Shown piece by piece: positions 17,461 to 26,424 of a stretch of 29,835 bases of DNA. The translations under genes were made by a program, and so were the position numbers. The stretch is from Actinomycetota bacterium (lineage in GTDB: Bacteria; Actinomycetota; Thermoleophilia; Gaiellales; Gaiellaceae). Position 1 is the first letter of the stretch, and the number at the start of each line of letters is the position of its first letter. Location: NCBI GenBank assembly GCA_046724095.1, contig JBKOVW010000235.1:1-29835 (forward strand). Direction: 5' to 3'. The notes below the pieces were generated by a model. It was not told the origin of the DNA. It saw only the letters and a program-made list of their open reading frames with translations, and searched no databases.

Positions 17461-17563
17461 TAGCTTGTCTGATAGGTTCGGCCTTGTCAAGATGCTGCCG
17501 CCAGGAGCCAAGGGCTTGATTCGCATCAGCAGATCAAACAAGCTATGCCAGCATGACTGACAA
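17461..17563. promoter_or_regulatory. Back-to-back divergent promoters with FadR/GntR-type operator boxes
   Basis: Minus strand: TTGACA (17490-17485), 17 bp, CAAGCT (17467-17462). Plus strand: TTGATT (17516-17521), 17 bp, CAAGCT (17539-17544), then ATG 17553. Inverted pair TAGCTTGT(C/T)TGAT at 17461-17473 and 17533-17545. Third TGTCNGACA-like box at 17553-17563. Confidence 0.65.
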
Positions 17564-18320
17564 ATCGCTTGCCGCCTTCGACGAGCTCGAGCCAATCGGC
17601 CGCGCCTCGGTGGTGGACTCGGTGATCGAACGGCTCGAGTCGCTGATCTTCGACAGCTTCGAGCCCGGTGCGACCCTGCCCTCGGAAGGGAAGCTCGCCG
17701 AGGCGCTCGGCGTGAGCCGCCTCAGCGTCCGGGAGGCCACCAAGACCCTCGCCGCGCGCGGGCTGCTCGAGATCAGCCAGGGCCGGCGCCCCCGGATCTC
17801 CGTACCGAACGGCAGCCTGGTCGGGGACTTCTTCCAGATCGCCGTGCGCCGTGACCCCCGCGCGCTGCTCGAGCTCCTCGAGGTGCGAAGGGCCCTCGAG
17901 GTCCACATCGCAACACTCGCCGCCCAACGAGCCAATGCCGGCGCGATCGCCGACATGGAGATGTCGATCAACGCCATGCGCTCGGCAGGCGCCGAGTTCG
18001 AAGCGTTCCACACCGCCGACGTCCGCTTTCACGAGAACCTCGCTGCGGCCTCGGGCAACCGCATGCTCGTCTTCCTGATCGAGGCGTTTGCCGAACCGCT
18101 CCGCCAAAGCCGGCAACGGAGCTTTGCCGGCCACCGTGCACGAGGAGGCGGGATCGACGACGTCATCCAGCAGCACCAGACGATCCTCGACGCCGTCACG
18201 GCCCGCAACCCCAAGGCAGCAGCTCAGGCGATGCGCGACCACCTGCAGCAAACCGAGCAGGATCTCCGCACACATCTGCAACGCACCGCGGAGGAGCAAG
18301 CGAAGGCGGTCGAAGCGTGA
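17553..18320 (+). CDS. GntR/FadR-family transcriptional regulator (HTH + FCD)
   Basis: LPSEGKLAEALGVSRLSVREA, GRRPRI, LLEVRRALE, DVRFHENLAAASGN, AMRDHL. Confidence 0.95.
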   Translation: MTDKSLAAFDELEPIGRASVVDSVIERLESLIFDSFEPGATLPSEGKLAEALGVSRLSVREATKTLAARGLLEISQGRRPRISVPNGSLVGDFFQIAVRRDPRALLELLEVRRALEVHIATLAAQRANAGAIADMEMSINAMRSAGAEFEAFHTADVRFHENLAAASGNRMLVFLIEAFAEPLRQSRQRSFAGHRARGGGIDDVIQQHQTILDAVTARNPKAAAQAMRDHLQQTEQDLRTHLQRTAEEQAKAVEA

Positions 18321-19489
18321 GGGTCGTCGAGGTCGTCACGACCGTCGTCGGTGCGCCGTGGCGCGAGCTCACGTTCGTCGAGCTCGTCGCAGACGACGGG
18401 CGGCGCGGCCTCGGCGAGGTTCGGATGGTCAACAAGACGGACACGCTGGTCGCCTGCATCGCCGAGCTCGCGGCCCGATATGTCGTCGGAGCAGATCCGT
18501 ACGACCGGGAAACGCTGGCCTTCAACATCCAGCGCGCGGAGTACAGCCGGCCGGGTGAGATCACGCAATCCGCCCTGGCCGCGTTCGACCTCGCCTGTTG
18601 GGACCTGATCGGTCAGGAGCTGAACGTCCCGATCTGGAAGCTTCTGGGAGGGCGATACCGAGACCGCGTTCGAGCGTATGCGAACGGCTGGTACCAGACC
18701 GACCGCGACCCGGCCGCGCTGGCCGAGAAAGCGGTCGACGTCGTTGCGCGTGGCTATACCGCGCTCAAGCTCGACCCGTTCGGCAGCGCGTGGATGACCC
18801 TCCCGTCCGCCGAGCGGCGGCGATCGATCGAGCTCGTCGCGGCCGTCCGCGAGGCGACCGGGCCCGACGTCGAGATCATGATCGAGATGCACGGCCGCTT
18901 CTCGCCGGCGGCCGCAGCCGAGATCGCGGCCGAGCTCGACCCGTTTGCGCCGGCCTGGCTGGAGGAACCGATTCCGTTCGACAATCCGAGTGGGCTCGCC
19001 CGCGTTCGCGCCGCGACGCCCCGGCCGATCGCGACGGGTGAGCGCCTCCATCTTCTCCCGGACTTCCGCCCGATCATCGAGCAAGGCCTCGTCGACGTCG
19101 TGCAAGCGGATCTCACGCACTTCGGCGGCTTCACGGGCTTGTGCCGGCTGGCAGGGTGGGCCGAGGCGTACGAACTGCCGCTCGCACCGCACAACGTGTG
19201 TGGGCCGGTAGGAACACTGGCGAACATCCACTTCGCGGTCGCCACGCCGAACTACCTGATCCTCGAGCACTTCAACGACTTCGCCGACAGCTGGGTGAGC
19301 GACCTCGTCGATGCCGCACCGGCGATCGATCCGCTCGACGGCTGCTTCGAGGCACCGACCGCTCCCGGCCTCGGCCTTCGGCTCGACCACGATGCTTGCG
19401 CCGAACACCCGCGCACGCACACGGGGATCTTCCTCTTCAGCGAAGGCTGGGAGCGCAGGGGCGAGCCGTCGACGGCGACACCACCGTGA
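18317..19489 (+). CDS. Enolase-superfamily (MR/MLE) acid-sugar dehydratase, second copy
   Basis: ACWDLIG, YANGW, KLDPF, IEMHGRF, LEEP, ATGERL, VQAD, PHNVCGP. Confidence 0.88.
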   Translation: MRVVEVVTTVVGAPWRELTFVELVADDGRRGLGEVRMVNKTDTLVACIAELAARYVVGADPYDRETLAFNIQRAEYSRPGEITQSALAAFDLACWDLIGQELNVPIWKLLGGRYRDRVRAYANGWYQTDRDPAALAEKAVDVVARGYTALKLDPFGSAWMTLPSAERRRSIELVAAVREATGPDVEIMIEMHGRFSPAAAAEIAAELDPFAPAWLEEPIPFDNPSGLARVRAATPRPIATGERLHLLPDFRPIIEQGLVDVVQADLTHFGGFTGLCRLAGWAEAYELPLAPHNVCGPVGTLANIHFAVATPNYLILEHFNDFADSWVSDLVDAAPAIDPLDGCFEAPTAPGLGLRLDHDACAEHPRTHTGIFLFSEGWERRGEPSTATPP

Positions 19490-20508
19490 GCGGCGAGATG
19501 CGTGCGGTCGTCGTCGAACGGCCGCAAACTGCAACCCTGCAGCTCGTCCCGAGGCCGGACCCGCGTCCGGGCGAGGTGCTTGTCCGCGTCGGAGCCGCCG
19601 GCATCTGCGGCTCGGACGTCGAGTTGCTCGAGGGTCGAAGGCCGGCGCGCTACGTGCGCTATCCGATCATCCCGGGTCACGAATGGGCAGGGCTGGTCGA
19701 GGCGATCGGCCCCGGCGTCGAGAACGTCGCCGCAGGAGATGCGGTCGTGGCAGAGGGCTTTCGCGCCTGCGGCGATTGCGCTCGGTGTCGCGAAGGACGC
19801 ACGAACCTCTGCGCGGCAGACTACGCGGAAACCGGATTCACCCACGCGGGCGCGTTCGCGGATTTCCTCTGCGTCCCGTCTCACCTGATCCACCGGCTTC
19901 CGCCTGGGACCGACCTCGCCGCAGCTGCAGTGCTGGAGCCGGCTGCGTGTGTTGCACAGGGACTGTTGGAGATCGACCTTCGGCCGGGCCTGACAGCGGC
20001 GGTGGTCGGTTCCGGGACCCTCGGCCTGCTCGCGGTCGCGCTCCTCGGTCGCGTCAGCCCGGCACGGCTGGCACTCGTCGGGACGCGCTCGCAGCGCCTG
20101 TCGCTCGGCAAGGCCATGGGGGCAACCGAGACGTGGAACGTTCGCCAGGACGAGTATCCAGAGCCGGGTTTCGACCTCGTGTTCGAAGCCGCCGGCACGC
20201 CCGGCGGGGCTCGCACCGCGGTCGAGCTCGCGCGGCGCGGCGGTACCGTCGTCCTCGAAGGAATCTCCGGGCAATCGGCCGGAATCGACGCGGACGCGGT
20301 TGTGCTGGGGCACCTGCGCGTGCAGGGCATCTTCGGCGCCTCGCGCGACGCCTGGCGGTGGGTGACGGAGCTCTTTGCGGACGGCCTGCTCGACACGAAG
20401 CCGCTCGTAACGCATTCCTTCCCGCTCGAGCAGTACGACGCAGCCTTCACGACGCTCGCCGAGCGCAAGGGCGACGCGCTCAAGGTGCAGCTGACGCCGA
20501 AGTCGTGA
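19486..20508 (+). CDS. Zn-dependent MDR-family (polyol/sugar-acid) dehydrogenase
   Basis: Start GTG 19486 (or ATG 19498). GICGSD, PGHE, CGDCARC...NLC structural Zn, EPAAC, GSGTLG. Confidence 0.92.
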   Translation: MSGEMRAVVVERPQTATLQLVPRPDPRPGEVLVRVGAAGICGSDVELLEGRRPARYVRYPIIPGHEWAGLVEAIGPGVENVAAGDAVVAEGFRACGDCARCREGRTNLCAADYAETGFTHAGAFADFLCVPSHLIHRLPPGTDLAAAAVLEPAACVAQGLLEIDLRPGLTAAVVGSGTLGLLAVALLGRVSPARLALVGTRSQRLSLGKAMGATETWNVRQDEYPEPGFDLVFEAAGTPGGARTAVELARRGGTVVLEGISGQSAGIDADAVVLGHLRVQGIFGASRDAWRWVTELFADGLLDTKPLVTHSFPLEQYDAAFTTLAERKGDALKVQLTPKS

Positions 20509-21953
20509 ACGCCCCCGCGCTCACTTCGCTGGTGGGTGGCCGTCCACGCGAGGGCGACGAGGTCGTTCCCGACATCAACCCGGCCGCGCCGGAGGAGCAG
20601 GTCGCGACCGTGACGTTGGCGGGACCCGAGCTCGCCGCGGAGGCGGTCGAGGCGGCGGCTGCCGCCTTCGCGAGCTGGCGTGACACGCCTCCACCTGCGC
20701 GCGGTGACCTGCTGCGACGAGCGGCCGATCTCGTCGACGAGCGCGCGGAGACCATCGGCCGCGATCTCGCACGCGAGGAGGGGAAGACCCTCGTGGAGGC
20801 CGTCGGCGAGACGCGACGCGCCGCCGCGATTCTTCGCTACTACGCAGGGCAGACGCTCGAGCCCGACGGAGAGACATATCCGAGCCACTCGGCGCTGACG
20901 TTCCTCTATGCGCGGCGTGAGCCGCTCGGCGTCGTGACCGCGATCACTCCGTGGAACTTCCCTATCGCCATCCCCGCGTGGAAGATCGGACCGGCGCTCG
21001 CCTACGGGAACACCGTCGTCTGGAAGCCGGCCGAGATCGTCCCGCTCACGTCGACGCACCTCGCTGCGGCGCTGATCGACGCCGGGCTGCCCGACGGCGT
21101 CCTCAATCTCGTGCTCGGGCGTGGCTCGGTCGTCGGCGACACCATCGTCACGGACGGTCGCGTCGACGCCGTCACCTTCACCGGCTCGAACGCCGTCGGC
21201 CGCGCCATCAATCTGAAGGCGACCGAAGCAGGGAAGAAGGTTCAGCTCGAGCTCGGCGGCAAGAACCCCGCCGTCGTATTGGCAGATGCCGACCTAGAGC
21301 TCGCGGCCGAGCAGGTCGCGCGGGGCGCATTCCTGTCGGCCGGGCAGAAGTGCACCGCTACGAGCCGTGTCATCGTCGAACGGGGCGTGCTCGAAGAGTT
21401 CGGCGATCGCGTCGCGGAGCTCGCGCGGTCCTGGCCGGTGGGCGATCCGCTCGACGAGACGACGAAGGTCGGCCCGCTCGCCTCGAAGGCTCAGCTCGAC
21501 ACCGTGTCCGGTTACCTCGACGTCGCAGAACGCGACTCTGCGCGGGTGCTCGCCGGGGGCGGGCGTCCCGACGGCGGCGGCTACTTCGTCGAGCCGACGG
21601 TGTTGGCGGACCTGCCCCCGACCAGTCGCGTCGTCCGAGAGGAGATCTTCGGCCCGGTAGCAGCGCTGCTCCCGGCAAGCTCCTACGAGGAAGCGGTCGC
21701 GCTCGCCAACGACACGCCGTTCGGCTTGACCGCCGCCTTGTTCACGCGTGACCTCGGCCAGGCGCTCCGCTTCGCGGGAGACATCCGCGCCGGCGTCGTG
21801 AAGGTCAACCAGGAGAGTGCGGGCCTCGAGTTCCAGGCGCCGTTCGGCGGCATGCGCCAGAGCTCGAGCGGCTCCCGCGAGCAGGGCAAGGTCGCCCGCG
21901 ACTTCTTCACGCAATGGAAGACCGTGTACCTCGACCCTCCTCCGACCGGATGA
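20505..21953 (+). CDS. Aldehyde dehydrogenase, 2,5-dioxopentanoate (KGSA) dehydrogenase-like
   Basis: Start GTG 20505. ITPWNFP, FTGS, LELGGKN, GQKCTA (catalytic Cys), EEIFGP, PFGGMRQSSSGSREQG (YcbD/KGSADH-like tail). The KGSA subtype is inferred. Confidence 0.88.
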   Translation: MNAPALTSLVGGRPREGDEVVPDINPAAPEEQVATVTLAGPELAAEAVEAAAAAFASWRDTPPPARGDLLRRAADLVDERAETIGRDLAREEGKTLVEAVGETRRAAAILRYYAGQTLEPDGETYPSHSALTFLYARREPLGVVTAITPWNFPIAIPAWKIGPALAYGNTVVWKPAEIVPLTSTHLAAALIDAGLPDGVLNLVLGRGSVVGDTIVTDGRVDAVTFTGSNAVGRAINLKATEAGKKVQLELGGKNPAVVLADADLELAAEQVARGAFLSAGQKCTATSRVIVERGVLEEFGDRVAELARSWPVGDPLDETTKVGPLASKAQLDTVSGYLDVAERDSARVLAGGGRPDGGGYFVEPTVLADLPPTSRVVREEIFGPVAALLPASSYEEAVALANDTPFGLTAALFTRDLGQALRFAGDIRAGVVKVNQESAGLEFQAPFGGMRQSSSGSREQGKVARDFFTQWKTVYLDPPPTG

Positions 21954-22894
21954 ACATCCGCGACGGCCTCGAGCGCAGCGGTCTACCGTCGGCCGACCTG
22001 CACGAGCTGCCGACCTCGGAGAAGCGGTTCCCCGACGGTGCGCAGTACCGCGTCGAGATCCCGAGCACCGAGGGTCCGCGCTCTCTCGAGGCGATCCTGG
22101 AAGAGGCAGATCGACTCGAGGTAGTCGTGCATCGCGTGTCGCAAGGAAGCGGCGTCTTCATGCTCACGGACGCCGAGCTCGACGAGTTCGTCGCCCTGGC
22201 TGCCGGTGCGAACGTCGAGCTCAGCCTCTTCGCACGGCCGAACGCCGGCTGGGACGCGTCGGCAACGAGCCGAGCGCCGGCGGGTGGCGTGCTCGCGGCG
22301 TCCGCGCGTGGGCAGGACCAGCTCGTCGCAGTCCTCGAGGATGCCGTTCGCGCCGCCGACCACGGGGTGAGAAGCGTCCTGCTTGCAGACATCGGCGCGC
22401 TCTACGCCTTTTCGCGCCTCCGTGCGGACGGCGTTCTTCCCGCCGAGATGCAGGCGAAGGTCTCGGTGATGCTCCCGATCGCGAATGCGGCGACGGCGAA
22501 GGTCCTCGAGGACCTCGGCGCTTCGACCCTGAACCTCCCTCCCGACCTCTCGCTTCCGCAGATCGCGGCCGTCCGTGCCTCGGTCGATCTCCCGATCGAC
22601 TTCTACGTCGAGGCGCCGGACACGCTCGGGGGATTCGTGCGTCTGCACGAGATCCCCGAGCTGATCCGAGTCGCTGCTCCCGTCTACGTCAAGTTTGGAC
22701 TGCGCAACGCGCCCGACGTGTACCCGTCGGGGACGCACCTCGAGCAGACAGCGGTCGCGTTGTCACGCGAGCGCGTGCGGCGAGCACGTCTCGGCCTCGA
22801 GCTGCTCGAGCGGTCCGGCTACGAAGCCGCTCGCTCCGCGCTCGGCGCCGACGGCTTGGCAATTCCGGTTGCGGCGTCGGCGGTCTCCGCCTGA
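21950..22894 (+). CDS. U32-peptidase-like TIM-barrel protein of unknown function, no cysteines
   Basis: ATG 21950 (ATGA overlap with ALDH). YRVEIPSTEGP, HRVSQGSG, VLLADIG, LGASTLN...DLSLPQIAAVRASVDLPIDFYVE resembles the U32 core. Strong codon bias and tight coupling support a real gene. Confidence 0.7.
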   Translation: MNIRDGLERSGLPSADLHELPTSEKRFPDGAQYRVEIPSTEGPRSLEAILEEADRLEVVVHRVSQGSGVFMLTDAELDEFVALAAGANVELSLFARPNAGWDASATSRAPAGGVLAASARGQDQLVAVLEDAVRAADHGVRSVLLADIGALYAFSRLRADGVLPAEMQAKVSVMLPIANAATAKVLEDLGASTLNLPPDLSLPQIAAVRASVDLPIDFYVEAPDTLGGFVRLHEIPELIRVAAPVYVKFGLRNAPDVYPSGTHLEQTAVALSRERVRRARLGLELLERSGYEAARSALGADGLAIPVAASAVSA

Positions 22895-22897
22895 CTC

Positions 22898-24004
22898 GTG
22901 CCTGCGCGGGTCGGCATCGGCGTCGTGGGCGCCGGCAGCATCGGGATCCGCGGCGCTCTTGCGCATCTCTCGCTCGAGGATGTGCAGGCCCGGGTCTTTC
23001 TCGCGGCCGTCTGCGACCCGGTGCCCGGTCGGGCGGCCGCCGTTGCCAGGCGATTCAACGTGGCGCGGGCGTACGAGCGGTACGAGGATCTGCTCGAGGA
23101 CACGGCCGTCGACGCGGTCACGCTGTGCTCGCCGATCGGGCTGCACTACGAGCAGGGGCTGAAAGCGATCGAAAACGGCAAGCACGTCCACTTCAACAAG
23201 ACGATGACCACGACGGCTGCAGAGGCGACGGATCTGCTCGATCGCGCCGCCGTCGCCGGCGTCCGGCTGGTCGCGTCCCCCGGCGAGATGCTGCGGCCAC
23301 TGAACCGCGCCGTCCGGGACCTCGTCGAAAGCGGGCGGCTCGGCAAGATCTCGTGGGCCGCGACGGGCGCGGCGTTCGGCACCTACCACGAGGACGAGCC
23401 CGTGCGGCAGCGCAACGGAATCGATCCGTCTTGGTACTGGCGCAAGCCGGGCGGCGGTCCTTTGTACGACATGGCGGTGTACGGGCTGCACACGCTGACG
23501 GGGATTCTCGGGCCGGCGAAGCGCGTGGCGGCCATGTCGGGCATCGGGATCGCCGAGCGCGAGTTCCAAGGCGAGACCCGTGAGTGCACCGCCGACGACA
23601 ACTCGCTGCTGCTGCTCGACTTCGGCGACTCGGTGTTCGCGTTCGTGCACGGGACGTTCGCCGGCCGCCTCACGGGGCTCGGGTCCGTCAACGTGTACGG
23701 CAGCGACGGGACGGTCGAGGGAGCGCTCCTCGACGGCTCGCCGATCCGCTATCCGGGACACGAGCGCGTGCAGCCCGGGCGAGACGGCGATGCCGTTTTG
23801 CTTCCGCACGTCGACGAAGCACACGCGGCGCTCGGAGAGGCATTCGTCTTCGAGGACGTGATGCAGCTCGTCGACTGCGTTCGTGATGACACCGCGACGG
23901 TGTGCGATGCGCGCCACGCACAGCACGTGATCGAGCTCATCGAGGCGGCCTACCGCTCGGCGGACACGGGCCGGGCACAGGACATCGCGGCGGCAACGTG
24001 GTGA
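22898..24004 (+). CDS. Gfo/Idh/MocA family oxidoreductase, second copy
   Basis: IGVVGAGSIG, VTLCSPIGLHY, KHVHFNKTM, GGGPLYDMAVY. Confidence 0.9.
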   Translation: MPARVGIGVVGAGSIGIRGALAHLSLEDVQARVFLAAVCDPVPGRAAAVARRFNVARAYERYEDLLEDTAVDAVTLCSPIGLHYEQGLKAIENGKHVHFNKTMTTTAAEATDLLDRAAVAGVRLVASPGEMLRPLNRAVRDLVESGRLGKISWAATGAAFGTYHEDEPVRQRNGIDPSWYWRKPGGGPLYDMAVYGLHTLTGILGPAKRVAAMSGIGIAEREFQGETRECTADDNSLLLLDFGDSVFAFVHGTFAGRLTGLGSVNVYGSDGTVEGALLDGSPIRYPGHERVQPGRDGDAVLLPHVDEAHAALGEAFVFEDVMQLVDCVRDDTATVCDARHAQHVIELIEAAYRSADTGRAQDIAAATW

Positions 24005-26424
24005 CCGCGTCCACCTCCTCGCTCGAGCGCCTCAGCCTCGAGGAGAAGGTCTCGCTGCTCAGCGGTCAGGACAAGTGGTCGCTGCCGGCGCTCCCGCAGA
24101 TCGGTCTCTCCTCGATCGTCATGTCCGACGGCCCGACCGGCGTCAAAGAGGACGGATCCCTGCCGATCCGCAGCCCGATGGTCCCCTGTGGAACGGCGCT
24201 CGCTGCGTCGTGGAACACCGCGCTCGTCGAGTCGATCGGAGCGCTGCTCGGCGAGACCGCGCGCGCAAACGGGGTGCAAGTGCTGCTCGCGCCCGCGACG
24301 AACATCCTCCGCTCGCCCCTGGGGGGACGCAACTTCGAGTACTACTCGGAGGACCCGCTCCTCGCGGGCAAGGTCACCTGCGCCTACGTGTGTGGTGTGC
24401 AGAGCGCTGGCGTCGCCGCCACCGTCAAGCACTTCGTCTGCAACGACACCGAGACGCATCGCTTCGACGGCAACGTCGACGTCGACGAGCAGGCCTTGCG
24501 CGAGATCTACCTGCTGCCGTTCGAGCTCGCGGTGCGCGAGGCGAACGCCTGGGCGATCATGTGCTCGTACAACAAGCTGCGCGGCGTTCACATGTCCGCG
24601 CAGCCTCTGCTCGACGCCATCCTGCGGAGGCAGTGGGGCTTCGACGGCGTCGTCGTGTCCGACTGGGGCGCGGTTCACGACACGGTCGGATCGGGCCGGA
24701 GTGGACTCGACGTCGAGATGCCCGGGCCGCCGGAGCTCTGGGGAGCCCGGCTCGTCGAGGCGGTTCGCTCGAGCGAAGTGCCCGAGGAGTGTATCGACGA
24801 GAAGGTCGGGCGCATTCTGCGCCTGGGGAGGCGAACCGGTGCCGTCGAAGGCTCCGCACGCGAGCTCACGGCCACGCCGGACCGCCCGGGCGTCTCGTCG
24901 CTCGTACGCCAGGCGGCGATCGAATCGTTCGTGCTGCTCAAGAACGAGGACGAGGTACTGCCGTTCGACGCGTCGTCGCGCATCGCAGTTCTCGGCGCGC
25001 ACGCCGGACAGCCGCCGTTGCAGGGTGGCGGCAGCGCGAACGTCGGACCGTCTGTCGGCGTGTCGCCGCTCGAGGGGATCCGGCGGCTTGCGGGTGAGAC
25101 CACCGAGGTGGTGTACGAGCCGGGCTACGTGCCGGACGCAATGCCTCGTCTCGATCTCAGCTGGGTCACGGGGCTCGACGGCGCCGAAGGCTTCACCGCC
25201 GAGGTCTTCGACACGCACGAACCGTCGAGTCCGATCCGCTCGCTGACGCAGCGGACCAATTTCTTCATCTTGGACAACGAGGTCGAGGGTCGGCCGCTGC
25301 GAGAGCTGCTGGTTCGGTTGACCGCGACATTGACTCCCCCCGCCGACGGCGAGTACGTCTTCGGGATCGACTGCTCCGGCGCCGCCACCGTTCGCATCGA
25401 CGGAGAAGAGCGACTGGTGCTCGCGCCGGAGCACGACCGGGACTGGTCGGCGTTGTTCTTGGCCGATCCGAGGGGCATTTTCCGCGCGCCGCTCGAGGGC
25501 GGGCGGCCCGTCCGGTTCGAGCTCGATTTCCGGACGCACCCCGGTCCCCGTGGCGAGATCGGCCTGATCACGCTGCGGGCGTTCCCGCCTGCTCCCGAGG
25601 ATCTGCTCCGACGCGCGGTTCAGGCTGCCTCCGACGCCGACGTGGCGGTGGTCTTCGCCGGTCTCGGTGAGGAGTTCGAGAGCGAAGGCTTCGATCGGTC
25701 GTCACTCGAGCTTCCTGCAGAACAGCTGGAGCTGATCGCGGCTGTCGCGGCTGCGAACCCCGCCACCGTCGTCGTCGTTAGCGCGGGCGCGCAGTTGTTG
25801 ACGGACTGGGCGGAGCAGGTGCCGGCCGTGCTCCTGGCGTGGTACCCGGGCCAGGAGTTCGGCGATGCGCTGGCTGAAGTGTTGCTGGGGCGAGCCGAGC
25901 CCGGCGGACGGCTGCCGATGACTTTTCCCGTGCGACCGGAGGACGCTCCCGTGCTCGAGCCGGGCCCCGACGATTCGGTGGCGAACGAGTGGCACTACCG
26001 GGAAGGCCTGTTCGTCGGCTATCGGCACTACGACCGCCGGCAGATCACGCCCGCCTACTGCTTCGGGCATGGCCTCGGTTACACCACCTTCGACTACGAA
26101 GATCTGCGCGTCGAGCGGAAGGGCCTCGAGGTCGAGGCTGCTGTGCGCGTTCGGAACTCCGGTCACCGACGCGGGAAAGCGGTCGTGCAACTGTACGTCG
26201 GATCGGGACGTGCGGACCGGCCGCTGTGGGAGCTGAAGGACTTCCGGAGCATCGTGCTCGATGCCGGCGCTGAGGAAGACGTGCGCTTCACGCTGAACGA
26301 GCGCGTTTTCTCGCAGTGGGACTCCGACCTCGGCGACTGGGCGGTTCTAGACGGACGACACACGATCGCGGTCGGCAGCTCCTCACGGGATCTCCGCCTG
26401 ACGACGACGGTCGACAGCCTGTGA
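24001..26424 (+). CDS. GH3 beta-glucosidase/xylosidase-like enzyme with PA14 insertion and Fn3-like C-terminus, no signal peptide
   Basis: Start GTG 24001 (GTGA overlap). SDGPTG, GRNFEYYSEDP, KHFVCND, VVSDWG (nucleophile Asp), ESEGFDR, YREGLFVGYRHYD. Confidence 0.95.
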   Translation: MTASTSSLERLSLEEKVSLLSGQDKWSLPALPQIGLSSIVMSDGPTGVKEDGSLPIRSPMVPCGTALAASWNTALVESIGALLGETARANGVQVLLAPATNILRSPLGGRNFEYYSEDPLLAGKVTCAYVCGVQSAGVAATVKHFVCNDTETHRFDGNVDVDEQALREIYLLPFELAVREANAWAIMCSYNKLRGVHMSAQPLLDAILRRQWGFDGVVVSDWGAVHDTVGSGRSGLDVEMPGPPELWGARLVEAVRSSEVPEECIDEKVGRILRLGRRTGAVEGSARELTATPDRPGVSSLVRQAAIESFVLLKNEDEVLPFDASSRIAVLGAHAGQPPLQGGGSANVGPSVGVSPLEGIRRLAGETTEVVYEPGYVPDAMPRLDLSWVTGLDGAEGFTAEVFDTHEPSSPIRSLTQRTNFFILDNEVEGRPLRELLVRLTATLTPPADGEYVFGIDCSGAATVRIDGEERLVLAPEHDRDWSALFLADPRGIFRAPLEGGRPVRFELDFRTHPGPRGEIGLITLRAFPPAPEDLLRRAVQAASDADVAVVFAGLGEEFESEGFDRSSLELPAEQLELIAAVAAANPATVVVVSAGAQLLTDWAEQVPAVLLAWYPGQEFGDALAEVLLGRAEPGGRLPMTFPVRPEDAPVLEPGPDDSVANEWHYREGLFVGYRHYDRRQITPAYCFGHGLGYTTFDYEDLRVERKGLEVEAAVRVRNSGHRRGKAVVQLYVGSGRADRPLWELKDFRSIVLDAGAEEDVRFTLNERVFSQWDSDLGDWAVLDGRHTIAVGSSSRDLRLTTTVDSL

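Noticed and set aside
19311-20504. Apparent 880-aa ALDH fusion
   Set aside because: The N-terminal ~400 aa are an off-frame read of the MDR gene; the true ALDH start is GTG 20505 (GTGA overlap).
21817-23583. 588-aa Arg/Ala-rich plus-strand ORF
   Set aside because: Off-frame overlap of the U32-like and Gfo genes; composition is typical of a non-coding frame.
23950-25539. 529-aa minus-strand ORF
   Set aside because: Antisense shadow of GH3.
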